Origin: Nitrosopumilus sp.
Lineage (GTDB): Archaea; Thermoproteota; Nitrososphaeria; Nitrososphaerales; Nitrosopumilaceae
NCBI GenBank assembly: GCA_965249555.1
Contig: OZ252243.1
Coordinates: 864,001-928,000, forward strand
DNA length: 64,000 nucleotides
Direction: 5' to 3'
In this document: positions 17,925 to 27,893 of the stretch, piece by piece
How positions within the stretch are numbered: position 1 is the stretch's first letter
Layout: every line of letters starts with the position of its first letter
The notes under the pieces: generated by a model
Databases searched by the model: none
What the model saw: only the letters and a program-made list of their open reading frames with translations
What the model was told of the DNA's origin: nothing
Made by a program: the position numbers and the translations under genes

Positions 17925-19001
17925 TTAAGTAGTTCTAAAAAATTTTTCAAATAATAAGTTAGGATTTTTTAAAGCTTTAGAAATTTTCCATTTTGTTTTA
18001 TTTTGAATTTTATTATACAAATCAAATTGTATTTCTTTACCATTCCATTTGGATTTATAATGTCTAATACCTTTTTCTTTTTCTGAATTAGGATGAGGAT
18101 TTGCACCACCCACATCATAAGTCAGGAAATTATGTTCTTTAGACCATTTAATTGTATTCCATGTAAGAAAACTTCCACCTTGAAATGTTTTTTGAGAATT
18201 GATTACACTATGTTGAACAACATTGTTGTTAAATAATTTATTAGCTATTCCACTAATTAATTCTCCATCTAATCTTGCAACATACATTTTTTCATATCCA
18301 GGTTTATTCAATAATTCCCATGAATAATCATTAAATTCTTCAGTATTTTTTATGATTTTATCTTTTTGTTTATTATCACTGTGTTTGATTTCCATCCATT
18401 CATCTAAAACTGTTCGATCATTAACAACTTCAAAACTCAAGTTATTTTTTTCACCTTTTCTAATATCATATCTAGTTTTGTTATGTAATGATTTGTATAA
18501 AGAATCAAGATCAGATTTTAAGTCAGTTATCCAAGTATCCCATTTAATGTCATTGTAATCCATTTGTTTAAATTGTTCATCGTGTACATTATCAGAAATT
18601 GGTGTAGATGAACCAGTAATCATTAAAACATTATTTTCTTTTGAAAATTTTTCCAATACTTCTAAAATATTTGAAAAAATTTCTTTACTTCTTTCTTTGT
18701 TATGAATTATTGGCCCATAATGCCAATAAATTCTAGAACCATTATTAATTTTAGATGTAATCGATTGAAAAAGACTATCTTGTAGTTTGTTATTTATAAA
18801 ATGTTGAACTGCCAAAAGTTGGGCTAAAATGTTTCCTTTAGAATCTTCAACTGTAATATAGAGAGGTTTGGAACCAAAAGCCTTTTCATATGGTTCATAA
18901 TTTTTGCTCATCTGAAATGCAGTAGATGTAGGTACTTTCATTAACAAATTATCCCAATCTGTATTGTCAACTTCAGTTACAATCTCAGTTTTTAATATCA
19001 T
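17925..19001 (-). CDS. FemAB/FemX-like GNAT-fold acyl/aminoacyl transferase
   Basis: WD, FQ, YGPI, TRYDIRKGEK and LTWNTIKWSK...YDVGG...GIRHYKSKWNG motifs. Confidence 0.85.
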   Translation of the reverse strand: MILKTEIVTEVDNTDWDNLLMKVPTSTAFQMSKNYEPYEKAFGSKPLYITVEDSKGNILAQLLAVQHFINNKLQDSLFQSITSKINNGSRIYWHYGPIIHNKERSKEIFSNILEVLEKFSKENNVLMITGSSTPISDNVHDEQFKQMDYNDIKWDTWITDLKSDLDSLYKSLHNKTRYDIRKGEKNNLSFEVVNDRTVLDEWMEIKHSDNKQKDKIIKNTEEFNDYSWELLNKPGYEKMYVARLDGELISGIANKLFNNNVVQHSVINSQKTFQGGSFLTWNTIKWSKEHNFLTYDVGGANPHPNSEKEKGIRHYKSKWNGKEIQFDLYNKIQNKTKWKISKALKNPNLLFEKFFRTT

Positions 19002-19076
19002 GTCAAAATAAATTATATCACGTATTTATGGATTCATGAACAAATATTTCATAAGTAAAAAAAATAGTGATTTGAT

Positions 19077-20240
19077 ATGAAAGAAGAAATTCATGATTTT
19101 ATAATTTGGGACAAGGCCAGGCACAGATATGATTTTTTATTAAATGAGCTCAAAAAGAAATTCTGGATAGTAGATGTTTATGAAGTGACATGGACTGAAG
19201 AAAATTTTGAAAAGAATTTACGTAGATTTTATGGTCCTACACTTTCTAATCCTCAAAAGAAGATGAAACAGTGCGGAACAGGATCATTTTTAGTAATAAT
19301 TTTTCTCGATCCAAAACCAGTTTATCAATTCAGAAAAACTTCTCTGGGAATGCAGATGACAGATGTAAATGTATATGATACAAAAAGAGGTTTACGAAAA
19401 TTTTTGGAAGGAGAATTTCCTATTCATGGTTCAATTCATGAGAAAGAGGCAAATCATGATCTCACATTAATTTTAGGTAAAAATACAGATGACTTACTAA
19501 AACAAGCTGATGAGAAATGGAATGGTAAGATTAAGGAGTTTAAAGGAGATTTATTTGGAACAAAAGGTTGGAAAAATCTTCAAGACGTTTTTTATCTTTT
19601 GAATTCTACAACAAATTATGTTATTCTAAGAAATTTTGAGAAATACCCAGAAGGTATAATTTCTGATGAACATCCAGATATAGACATACTAGTAGATGAT
19701 CTAGTACATCTACCGTACATGTTAAATCAACTAAATGTTGTAGCAAAAAAAGAAAATTCACCATATGTAATTATCGAAAATAAAAATGTAAAATTTGATT
19801 TTAGATATGTAGGAGATACTTATTATGATGAAAAATGGTCAAAAAATATCTTAAAACAAAAGATCTTATTCAAAAATAGTATTTATGTTCCAAATAATGA
19901 AGATTGTTTCTATACATTACTTTATCATTGCTTAATACATGGTGCTTCACTAGCAAATTATAAATCAAAACTTGTTAATTTAGCACAAAAACTTGAAATC
20001 AACAATTCAATTACAGAACAATCAGAAATTAAATTAAAAGAATTATTGTGTAAATTTATGGAAAAAAACAGATACACTTACACAAATTCTTTCAAGTATA
20101 AAATTCATCATAATGAAATAACAAGATTATTCAAAGTTGCGATGTTTACTATTAAACATGATGGTTTTGTGGGTCTTATGAGAGTAATAAGAGGTAAGAT
20201 AAGACGAAAAATTAGTAACAAAAATGTTTCTATAAATTAA
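19077..20240 (+). CDS. Hypothetical two-domain protein: NDP-kinase-like N-terminus and nucleotidyltransferase-like C-terminus
   Basis: RFYG, TGSF and IHGSIHEKEA (NDK-like HGS), then YVILRNFE...DIDILVDD (DxD) and FDFRYVGD. Confidence 0.6.
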   Translation: MKEEIHDFIIWDKARHRYDFLLNELKKKFWIVDVYEVTWTEENFEKNLRRFYGPTLSNPQKKMKQCGTGSFLVIIFLDPKPVYQFRKTSLGMQMTDVNVYDTKRGLRKFLEGEFPIHGSIHEKEANHDLTLILGKNTDDLLKQADEKWNGKIKEFKGDLFGTKGWKNLQDVFYLLNSTTNYVILRNFEKYPEGIISDEHPDIDILVDDLVHLPYMLNQLNVVAKKENSPYVIIENKNVKFDFRYVGDTYYDEKWSKNILKQKILFKNSIYVPNNEDCFYTLLYHCLIHGASLANYKSKLVNLAQKLEINNSITEQSEIKLKELLCKFMEKNRYTYTNSFKYKIHHNEITRLFKVAMFTIKHDGFVGLMRVIRGKIRRKISNKNVSIN

Positions 20241-20310
20241 TTACAAAGAACATTTTTTTGCAAAAATACATAATGTTAAATTTAAATTAAATTATTTGAG
20301 TTTGTAATTG
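20133..20310 (+). repeat. Intact copy of the segment duplicated at 15519-15693
   Basis: Same co-linear similarity as described for 15519-15693. Confidence 0.8.
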
Positions 20311-22170
20311 ATTCCCATATTTTATTGTCCTCAATGTAAAACAGAATTAGTTTTAATTAAAAATAGTCTATCGTGTAAAGACTGTCAGGAAAGTTATGTG
20401 TATGAAAATGAAATTAGTTTATTTCCAATATCAATAAAACATAAAGAAATTGATACTAAAATAAAAAATTTAATTGATGAAATTAACAAAATTAGCTATG
20501 GTTTAGCTATTGAAAATTTTATTAATAAAAATCCAGAATTGAAAAGTAGTTTAATAAATACTAAATATGATCAAAGTGTAGATTCAATTTTTCATTGTAT
20601 AGGTAATAACAATAATCATGTTTTAGAAATTAAAAGTGGATTAGGTAATAAGATAGAAAGCCTTTCAAATATTTTCAAACAGGTTTATTCAATTGAATTT
20701 AATGATAATTTATTAGAATTTCAGAAAATTAGATTTAATCAAAGAAAATGTGAAAATATATCAATTGCTAAATGTGAACTATTCAAACTTCCTTTTCCAG
20801 ATAATTTTTTTGATTTAATTTTGTGTAATGACTTGTTAGATACAATTACAGAACTTTATGATGGAGATGTTTTACAGAATCAGAATCGGTTAATAAAAGA
20901 ATTAAAACGAGTAATAAATTCAGATGGAAAAATAATTTTTGGAATTGGAAACAAATATGGTATAAAATCATCAATAAAGGAAAATCATTTTACACAACAA
21001 GAAAATGTTTCAAAACAAAGTTATTCAAATTTTAAAGAATTGTTTGAAACAAATGAATTATATATAAAATCTTATTGGGTTTTTCCTACTTATGATAAAC
21101 CATATTTTTCAGGCAAATTAGAAGATGAATTATCTTTAAAATGGTTTTTTAATAATTTGGATAATCTTATAGGAAAACAAACTCTACCTATAAAGAAGAA
21201 ATTATTGTTATCAGTAATTAAAAAATTAAATTATCCATTCATACAAAAACTATTAGAAATTTTTTCACCATCATTTGTTTTTTGTTGTGGAAAAATTCCT
21301 TTAACAGAAACATTAGAAGATTGGATAAAACAAGATACCAATTATGAAAATTATTTAATGTTAAGCAGAAGAATGAAAGTATTATTTGTATTATTAAATA
21401 AAAAAGGTATTCCAGAAAAAATTGTTTCAGTAAAAAGATATGGAAATAAATTTCCTACAAAGTTGGAACAATTAGAACGAAAGTTTCCTATTATGAAAGA
21501 TCCTGAAAAGAAAGCATGGGTAGAAGAATGGTTTGCGGGTCGTTCATTAAATCCATTGGATCTTGATGAAGTTACTTTAGCTATCAATTGGTTGATTCAT
21601 TTTCAAAATAATTCAAAAAAAGAATTAATTGATAAAAATGATGTAAGTAAAGAAATTGAATTAATAAAAAAAGGATTACAACAAGTTAGTCATGGTGATC
21701 TTAATCAATATTATGAATGGTTAAATCAATACAAAAATTACATTAACCAAAATAAAATTTTTAAAACTGCAGTACATGGAGATTTTTGGGTTACCAATAT
21801 ATTGTTTAATCCAAAAACACAAAGAACTCATGTTTTAGATTGGGAGCTGTTTAGAGAAAAAGGAAATCCCCTACTAGATTTTTTGTTATTCTTGTATGAT
21901 ATTATGGCAATGACAGGAGATGAACCATTAGAAACTTTTAAGAAAAATCTTGCAGGAAATGGAGCAGCAAGTAAAATTGTTGATAAAATTAAGTTAATGA
22001 TGGAAGAACATTTTGGTTTCAAATTAGATATTATTTTGCTTTTGAGGTTTTATTTAATGAGAAAAATGGTTCCAAAAGAAGAAGAGATGAGAGAAGGGAT
22101 TCCGAAGGATAATCCTACCAAAAATGAATCTACATTATATGTAAAAATGTTAGATATGCTATCAAAATAA
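20308..22170 (+). CDS. Zn-ribbon + methyltransferase-like + aminoglycoside-phosphotransferase-type kinase fusion
   Basis: CPQC...CKDC; VLEIKSGLG and LPFPDNFFDLI; C-terminal HGDFWVTNIL and VLDWE kinase motifs. Confidence 0.82.
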   Translation: MIPIFYCPQCKTELVLIKNSLSCKDCQESYVYENEISLFPISIKHKEIDTKIKNLIDEINKISYGLAIENFINKNPELKSSLINTKYDQSVDSIFHCIGNNNNHVLEIKSGLGNKIESLSNIFKQVYSIEFNDNLLEFQKIRFNQRKCENISIAKCELFKLPFPDNFFDLILCNDLLDTITELYDGDVLQNQNRLIKELKRVINSDGKIIFGIGNKYGIKSSIKENHFTQQENVSKQSYSNFKELFETNELYIKSYWVFPTYDKPYFSGKLEDELSLKWFFNNLDNLIGKQTLPIKKKLLLSVIKKLNYPFIQKLLEIFSPSFVFCCGKIPLTETLEDWIKQDTNYENYLMLSRRMKVLFVLLNKKGIPEKIVSVKRYGNKFPTKLEQLERKFPIMKDPEKKAWVEEWFAGRSLNPLDLDEVTLAINWLIHFQNNSKKELIDKNDVSKEIELIKKGLQQVSHGDLNQYYEWLNQYKNYINQNKIFKTAVHGDFWVTNILFNPKTQRTHVLDWELFREKGNPLLDFLLFLYDIMAMTGDEPLETFKKNLAGNGAASKIVDKIKLMMEEHFGFKLDIILLLRFYLMRKMVPKEEEMREGIPKDNPTKNESTLYVKMLDMLSK

Positions 22171-22222
22171 TGTCTACAAGAATGTTTAACAAAAAAATAC
22201 CTTTTTTCTAATCTAAGGAAGC

Positions 22223-23725
22223 ATGTCAAACATAAGAGTCACGTATGCAGGATTAATTTCGTTATCAATAAGATTATCGAGTATTATTACAGGATTAGTC
22301 TTTGTTCTAATAACAACTAGAGAATTAACTCAGAATGAGTTTGGAACATGGGGATTGATTAGTGGGATTTTTGTTTATGCTATTGCTATTCATCCAATTG
22401 TAACTTATTGGGCAACAAGAGAGATTGCTAGAGGAGAAAAAACAGGTAAAACTGTTTTTCTTTCAAGTAGTATGTTTTCCATCATAGGACTTGCAATCTA
22501 TATTGGAGTTGCAGCATTTGTATCATTTCAATCAGATGCAGAAACAGAAATGTTATTTTTTGCAGCAATTTTAATTCCAGTAATATTCATAAATGATTCT
22601 TTATCTGCTACAGCTTTAGGTTCAAAACCACAAGTAGTAAGTTACGGTTTTTTAGCTTTTGAAATTTCAAAAATTCCACTTGCCATATTGTTTGTCTATT
22701 TTATGCAAATGGGATTAGAAGGAGCTATTATTGCAACATTTGGCGCATATATTCCAAGCATAATTATCATGTGGATAAAGATAAGATTTGCTTTAAAAAA
22801 TTCAATTAAAAAAGAATACATAAAAAAATGGATAAAACTTTTCTGGGTTCCATCATATAGAAATATTCCATCATTGATTTCAATGTCAGATGTAATTGTA
22901 TTTTCGGCAATAACTGGATCTGTTTCTGGAGTTGCATATTATACTGCAGCAAGAACCATAGGTTTCTTAGTAAATCATACACGATCTTTTTCTGAAGCAT
23001 TATATCCCAAGTTGTTAGAAACTGGAGAACGTAATTTTCTTGGAGAAAATTTAATTAAATTATTTTATTTTGCATTTCCACTTTTAGGATTATCAATTGT
23101 TTTAGCAAAACCAGGATTATATGCTCTTAATCCAATATATGAAATTGCAGAATTAGTTGTAATAATTATAGCAATAAGATCTTTTTTTACCACACTTGGT
23201 AAAATTTTATTTCAAGCGTTGCAAGGAATTGAAAAAGTTGATACGAACAAAAATTCTACTTTCAAAGACTATGCATCTAGTAAGTTAATATTGTATCCTA
23301 CCTTTCAGTTAATAAGAAATGGTATTTATTTTGCTAGTTTAGCCATAATTTTGTTTTTGCTACATTCAGAAAAAGCTGAAATTGAATTAGTAATATACTG
23401 GGCAATGATAGGCCTAATTATTGAGATTCCTTTGACGATATACATCTACAAATTAGTCAAAAAAAGTTTCAAACTTAAAATTGATCATTCAAGTTTAATC
23501 AAATACCTAACTGCGACATTTGTCGTTTTTAGTTTGCTATATTTACTAATTACAGTATTTCTAGAATATAGAATTTCAATTTTTGAGTTCTTACCACAAG
23601 TAATAGGTTTTGCTGCTATTGGTATTATTGGATATTTAGCCCTCACTTATGCTATTGATAATAGAACACGAATACTTGTAAAAGCAATAATAAATGAAAT
23701 AAAACCACAAAAAGAGAAAAATTGA
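22223..23725 (+). CDS. Oligosaccharide flippase (Wzx/MATE-like)
   Basis: 500 aa with about 14 hydrophobic segments; TRELTQNEFGTWG, YYTAA and LYPKL patterns. Confidence 0.85.
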   Translation: MSNIRVTYAGLISLSIRLSSIITGLVFVLITTRELTQNEFGTWGLISGIFVYAIAIHPIVTYWATREIARGEKTGKTVFLSSSMFSIIGLAIYIGVAAFVSFQSDAETEMLFFAAILIPVIFINDSLSATALGSKPQVVSYGFLAFEISKIPLAILFVYFMQMGLEGAIIATFGAYIPSIIIMWIKIRFALKNSIKKEYIKKWIKLFWVPSYRNIPSLISMSDVIVFSAITGSVSGVAYYTAARTIGFLVNHTRSFSEALYPKLLETGERNFLGENLIKLFYFAFPLLGLSIVLAKPGLYALNPIYEIAELVVIIIAIRSFFTTLGKILFQALQGIEKVDTNKNSTFKDYASSKLILYPTFQLIRNGIYFASLAIILFLLHSEKAEIELVIYWAMIGLIIEIPLTIYIYKLVKKSFKLKIDHSSLIKYLTATFVVFSLLYLLITVFLEYRISIFEFLPQVIGFAAIGIIGYLALTYAIDNRTRILVKAIINEIKPQKEKN

Positions 23726-24846
23726 AGAAAAAAATTTGTGTTTTTCCAAATGATGCTTTAAAGGATTATTTTAAAAAAGGGGAAATTAAGTACGGGTATT
23801 TTAATCCGTGTAATTTTTTTGATGAAATACATGTTATTTCTCTTTTTGATAATGAGATAGGAGCAGAAAAAGTATCAAAGCTTGCAGGAAGAGGGGAATT
23901 AATTATTCATAAAATTGGAAAAGTAAATCTTACAAATTATCATTCATTTGAAGAAAAGATTGAAAAGATCATATTAGAAATCAATCCACAAATAATTAGG
24001 GCTTTTAATCCACTAGTTCAAGGGTGGTTAGCAACAAAGATTGCTAAAAAAAATAAAATTCCTATTGTGATTTCAGTACATACGAATTATAGTCAACAAA
24101 GAGAATTACTAAAGAAAGAAAGAAAATATTTGAAATTCATAAAACTCTTATACACATCAAAAAAAATTGAAAGTTATTGTTTGAAAAATGCTGATGTTAT
24201 AATTTGTGTTTATGAATTCATTGTACCATACGTTGAAAAAATGCATGGACAGAACATTCAAATAATTTACAATAAAGTTGACTTGCAAAATTTTTCTCCT
24301 GAAAAACCCCCTAAATTCAAAAACAAAATTCCTACAATCATATCCGTAGGCCGTCTAATTGATCAAAAAAATCACATGTATTTACTACAAGCAGTCAAAG
24401 ATTTGGATATGAAGTTATTAATCATAGGTGATGGTCCAAATCTTCAAAAATTAACTAATTTTATCGAAAATGAAGGGATTTCAAGCAAAGTAGAAATTAT
24501 CAAGTCAGTTGCAAATGAAGATTTGGCTAGTTATTACATATCTGCAGATATTTACGCCCAACCAATGGAAAATCTAGACGGAATTCCTATTCCAGTTTTA
24601 GAAGCCATGGCATGTGGCCTTCCCATAGTGATGTCAAAACATAAAGATGATTATTCAGAAATAATTGATGACACGGTGTATTTTGTAGATAACAAATCAG
24701 ATAGTTTCAAAATTGCATTTGAAAAAATTCTTACAGATAGTGAATTGAAAAATAATTTGAGAGAAAAATCTCTAGAAACTATCAAAAAAATAAGTGGGAA
24801 AAAGATGGAGAACGCAGAATTACAGGTTTATAAAAAATTGTTCTAG
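23722..24846 (+). CDS. Glycosyltransferase family 4
   Basis: SVGRLIDQKN, IGDGP and DGIPIPVLEAMACGLP motifs. Confidence 0.93.
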   Translation: MKKKICVFPNDALKDYFKKGEIKYGYFNPCNFFDEIHVISLFDNEIGAEKVSKLAGRGELIIHKIGKVNLTNYHSFEEKIEKIILEINPQIIRAFNPLVQGWLATKIAKKNKIPIVISVHTNYSQQRELLKKERKYLKFIKLLYTSKKIESYCLKNADVIICVYEFIVPYVEKMHGQNIQIIYNKVDLQNFSPEKPPKFKNKIPTIISVGRLIDQKNHMYLLQAVKDLDMKLLIIGDGPNLQKLTNFIENEGISSKVEIIKSVANEDLASYYISADIYAQPMENLDGIPIPVLEAMACGLPIVMSKHKDDYSEIIDDTVYFVDNKSDSFKIAFEKILTDSELKNNLREKSLETIKKISGKKMENAELQVYKKLF

Positions 24847-25985
24847 TACAAAAAGTGTTCCGTATTAGAGGATACAATTTTTTCAGAATTATTTATCCAA
24901 TAAAATGCTTGTAAGGCAAACATAGAGCCCCAAGAATTAAGGCGAGTATTTTTTTTCCATCCAAATAGTGTTTTAAAATTTTCTTCATAAAATCCACCAT
25001 TAATTTTTGGATCATTACTTTTAGCTTGTAATGTTAACAAAAATGATTTTAGTGACTGTACATATTTTGAATATTTTTTAGAGTTTTCTATTTTATCAAC
25101 TAAAATCATCAAGCGAATTAACTGAGCTGTGTGATAGGAAGTTTTTGCTTGTTTGTAACTAGAATTAAACCATAAATTTACACTCCCATCTTTTTGAATT
25201 TGCGATATTACCCAGTCTAAGGCTTTTTTACATACCTCAAAAAATTGTTTATTCTTTGTAACCAAAAATGCATGTAATAATCCTTCAAGTGAGTAACATA
25301 AAGTATGTAAATGAATTATATCACTATTTTTATGAATAGAAAGACTTCCATCATCTTTTTGAAATTTTGGATAAACATTACAAATTTTATTTATTGTTTC
25401 TAATAATTTAGAATCGTTTGTAATCTTGTAAAGAGTACAAAATGGAATCACATTTTTAATATGTAAACATCCTTTCTGTTTATACCATAAAGAGTCATCT
25501 TCTTCAAATTTTTGTGTAGATAAATTATAAATTGGTTTTATAGAACCGTCTGATTCAATTGCCTCATCTGTTAACCATTTTAATAACATCTGTGCAAAAT
25601 CAAGATATTTTTCTTTCTTTGTTAACAGATAGCAATCAAGAATTCCTTGTGCACAAATTCCAGTATCAAATGAATAGATGAGTTTTTGTTTTGCTTCTTT
25701 TGTGTATATACCTTGAATAATTCCTCCGTATTTATCATGAATCTTCATCAACCAGTCTGCAGATTGTTTGCTTTTTTCAATTAGTTGAGCATGTGGTTCT
25801 ATTTCATGTAAAAATCGTAAGGTACTAAGAAAATATCCAGTTATTTCAGGATAAACAAATCCATATTCACTTTTGGAGGTATCAAAATAAGAATAAACTC
25901 CTCCCAAATTTTCATTATTTGTATCAGAAATGGTTAGACCCGATGTTAGTAACCAATTTTTTAATTGATTAAACTCGTCATTCAA
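24843..25985 (-). CDS. Hypothetical (alpha/alpha)-barrel protein (prenyltransferase/epimerase-like repeats)
   Basis: YPEITGY, DTG, repeated W/Q-x-x-DGS units and HTLCYSLEGLL. Confidence 0.65.
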   Translation of the reverse strand: MNDEFNQLKNWLLTSGLTISDTNNENLGGVYSYFDTSKSEYGFVYPEITGYFLSTLRFLHEIEPHAQLIEKSKQSADWLMKIHDKYGGIIQGIYTKEAKQKLIYSFDTGICAQGILDCYLLTKKEKYLDFAQMLLKWLTDEAIESDGSIKPIYNLSTQKFEEDDSLWYKQKGCLHIKNVIPFCTLYKITNDSKLLETINKICNVYPKFQKDDGSLSIHKNSDIIHLHTLCYSLEGLLHAFLVTKNKQFFEVCKKALDWVISQIQKDGSVNLWFNSSYKQAKTSYHTAQLIRLMILVDKIENSKKYSKYVQSLKSFLLTLQAKSNDPKINGGFYEENFKTLFGWKKNTRLNSWGSMFALQAFYWINNSEKIVSSNTEHFLY

Positions 25986-26027
25986 TTTAACATAACACTT
26001 TAGTTATTCCTTTAAAAGGTAAACTAG

Positions 26028-27158
26028 ATGAAGGTACTCGCAGTTATTTTTCATTTTCCGCCTATTAGTGGAGGAGGAGTAATAGTCGCAGTAGAAATCA
26101 TAAACAATCTAGCAAAATCAGGACACAAAATTACTGTTATAACACCAGAATTAAAATGGGATGGACCAACTTATGATCCAAAAATGGAATCAAATGTAGA
26201 GATTATTAGAGTAAAGATTCCCTCAAGCGATAAAATTAAGATAGCAGCTAGAAGATGTAGAAATTATCTTAAAAAAGAAGCTGAGAAAGCTGGAAAACAG
26301 TCTCATTATGATTTTATTTTTACAATATTTCATCCATTTCACATGGCACCACATGCCGCTGTAGATTGTGGAAAAAATTTGGGACTACCAGTAATTGTCA
26401 AGATTGATGATGCAATATATCAAAAATCAAGCGGACTAAAATCTATACAAAGAATGATCGAAAAAGTCTATAATTCTAAAGCACTAAACAAAGCAAGCAC
26501 TGTTCTAGTGTCAAATGAAGAAACAAAAAATATTGTGAATAAATTTTACAAAGTTGATAAAAATAAGATTAAGATAATTCCAAACGGAGTAAATATTTCA
26601 AAGTTTAAACATATACAGACAAATTCAAAGAAGATAATTTTTTCTGGTGTAATGTATCATCATAGAGGACTAGATGTATTAATTGACGCCGCACCACTAG
26701 TCATAAAAGAGATTCCAGATGTTGAAATTGAGTTATATGGTGAAGGTCCAGAATTAGCAAAATTAAAAGCATTAGTCAAAGAAAAGAAATTAGAATCTAA
26801 TGTAAAATTTATGGGATGGATTTCAAATGATAAGATTCCAGATGTGTTATCTAAGGCATCAATCGGTTTAGGCCCATTAAGAAAAACAGAGGTTACAAGC
26901 AACGCTCTTCCAATCAAAGTCTTAGAATACATGGCAAGCTCTCTCCCCATTATTGCCATATCTGGTACTTTACCAAAGGATGTACTAATAGATGGAGAAA
27001 ATGGATATTTTGTTAAAAATCACACAGAGTTGGCATTGAAAATTATAGAAATCTTATCCAACGAGGATAAACAATATGTGATGGGTAAAAAGTCTTCAGA
27101 AATTGTAGAAAATTTTGATTGGAAAACTATTATTGAGAAGATCATTAAATTAGCATAG
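26028..27158 (+). CDS. Glycosyltransferase family 4
   Basis: FPPISGG, IPNGV, GEGP and PIKVLEYMAS motifs. Confidence 0.93.
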   Translation: MKVLAVIFHFPPISGGGVIVAVEIINNLAKSGHKITVITPELKWDGPTYDPKMESNVEIIRVKIPSSDKIKIAARRCRNYLKKEAEKAGKQSHYDFIFTIFHPFHMAPHAAVDCGKNLGLPVIVKIDDAIYQKSSGLKSIQRMIEKVYNSKALNKASTVLVSNEETKNIVNKFYKVDKNKIKIIPNGVNISKFKHIQTNSKKIIFSGVMYHHRGLDVLIDAAPLVIKEIPDVEIELYGEGPELAKLKALVKEKKLESNVKFMGWISNDKIPDVLSKASIGLGPLRKTEVTSNALPIKVLEYMASSLPIIAISGTLPKDVLIDGENGYFVKNHTELALKIIEILSNEDKQYVMGKKSSEIVENFDWKTIIEKIIKLA

Positions 27159-27824
27159 TCAATTTTTAGTCATAATAAAAGAAGTATCTTTCATTTTTCT
27201 ATTAGAGTAATCATATGCAACTTTTTTAATAATATTTTGAATTGGTTTTGGGAATTTATAAAATTGATATTTTCTCAACTTACCTTTTAGTGCCATCATT
27301 TCATGAGGACTAAATTCATTTACATTAAAACCAAAATTGCCAAAAATTTTTTTCCATTCATTAAAAGTATTTGTAAAAACATCAGTTTCGTTTCTCCCCT
27401 CAACTCCTTCATTTGGAGTTAAAAACCAGATTTTCCCATCATTCTGTAAGGTTCTCTTTAGTTCATTGGAAAAAAATTCAATGTTATGAACATGTTCTAC
27501 AGAATAAAATCCTCCAATGAAATCAAATTTTTTGTCATCAAATGGAAATTTGTCAGAATTAAAATTTACTTTGAATAATTTGTCTTTTACTGAAGGATGT
27601 GCCTGTGAAATTGCATAATCTGAGCCATCAATTCCATATGCTTCAACTCCTAATTCACTAAGAGATTTGACTAATTCTCCATAAGAACATCCTACATCCA
27701 AGGCAGTTTTTGGCTTAAATTTTTCAACGATAAATTCTGCTCTTCTTTGCCACATTGGAGGCCTAGAACGAGTAGAGAAGTAGGTTTCATCATAAAGACG
27801 TTGAAGATCATCATCTTGATACAT
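27159..27824 (-). CDS. Class I SAM methyltransferase
   Basis: ALDVGCSYG, YGIDGS, VEH and TPN motifs. Confidence 0.88.
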   Translation of the reverse strand: MYQDDDLQRLYDETYFSTRSRPPMWQRRAEFIVEKFKPKTALDVGCSYGELVKSLSELGVEAYGIDGSDYAISQAHPSVKDKLFKVNFNSDKFPFDDKKFDFIGGFYSVEHVHNIEFFSNELKRTLQNDGKIWFLTPNEGVEGRNETDVFTNTFNEWKKIFGNFGFNVNEFSPHEMMALKGKLRKYQFYKFPKPIQNIIKKVAYDYSNRKMKDTSFIMTKN

Positions 27825-27893
27825 ACTTGCTGATTATACAATAGAAGATTTCTTTATTATTGTTCACAAAATATGCCTATATTGTATACAAAT

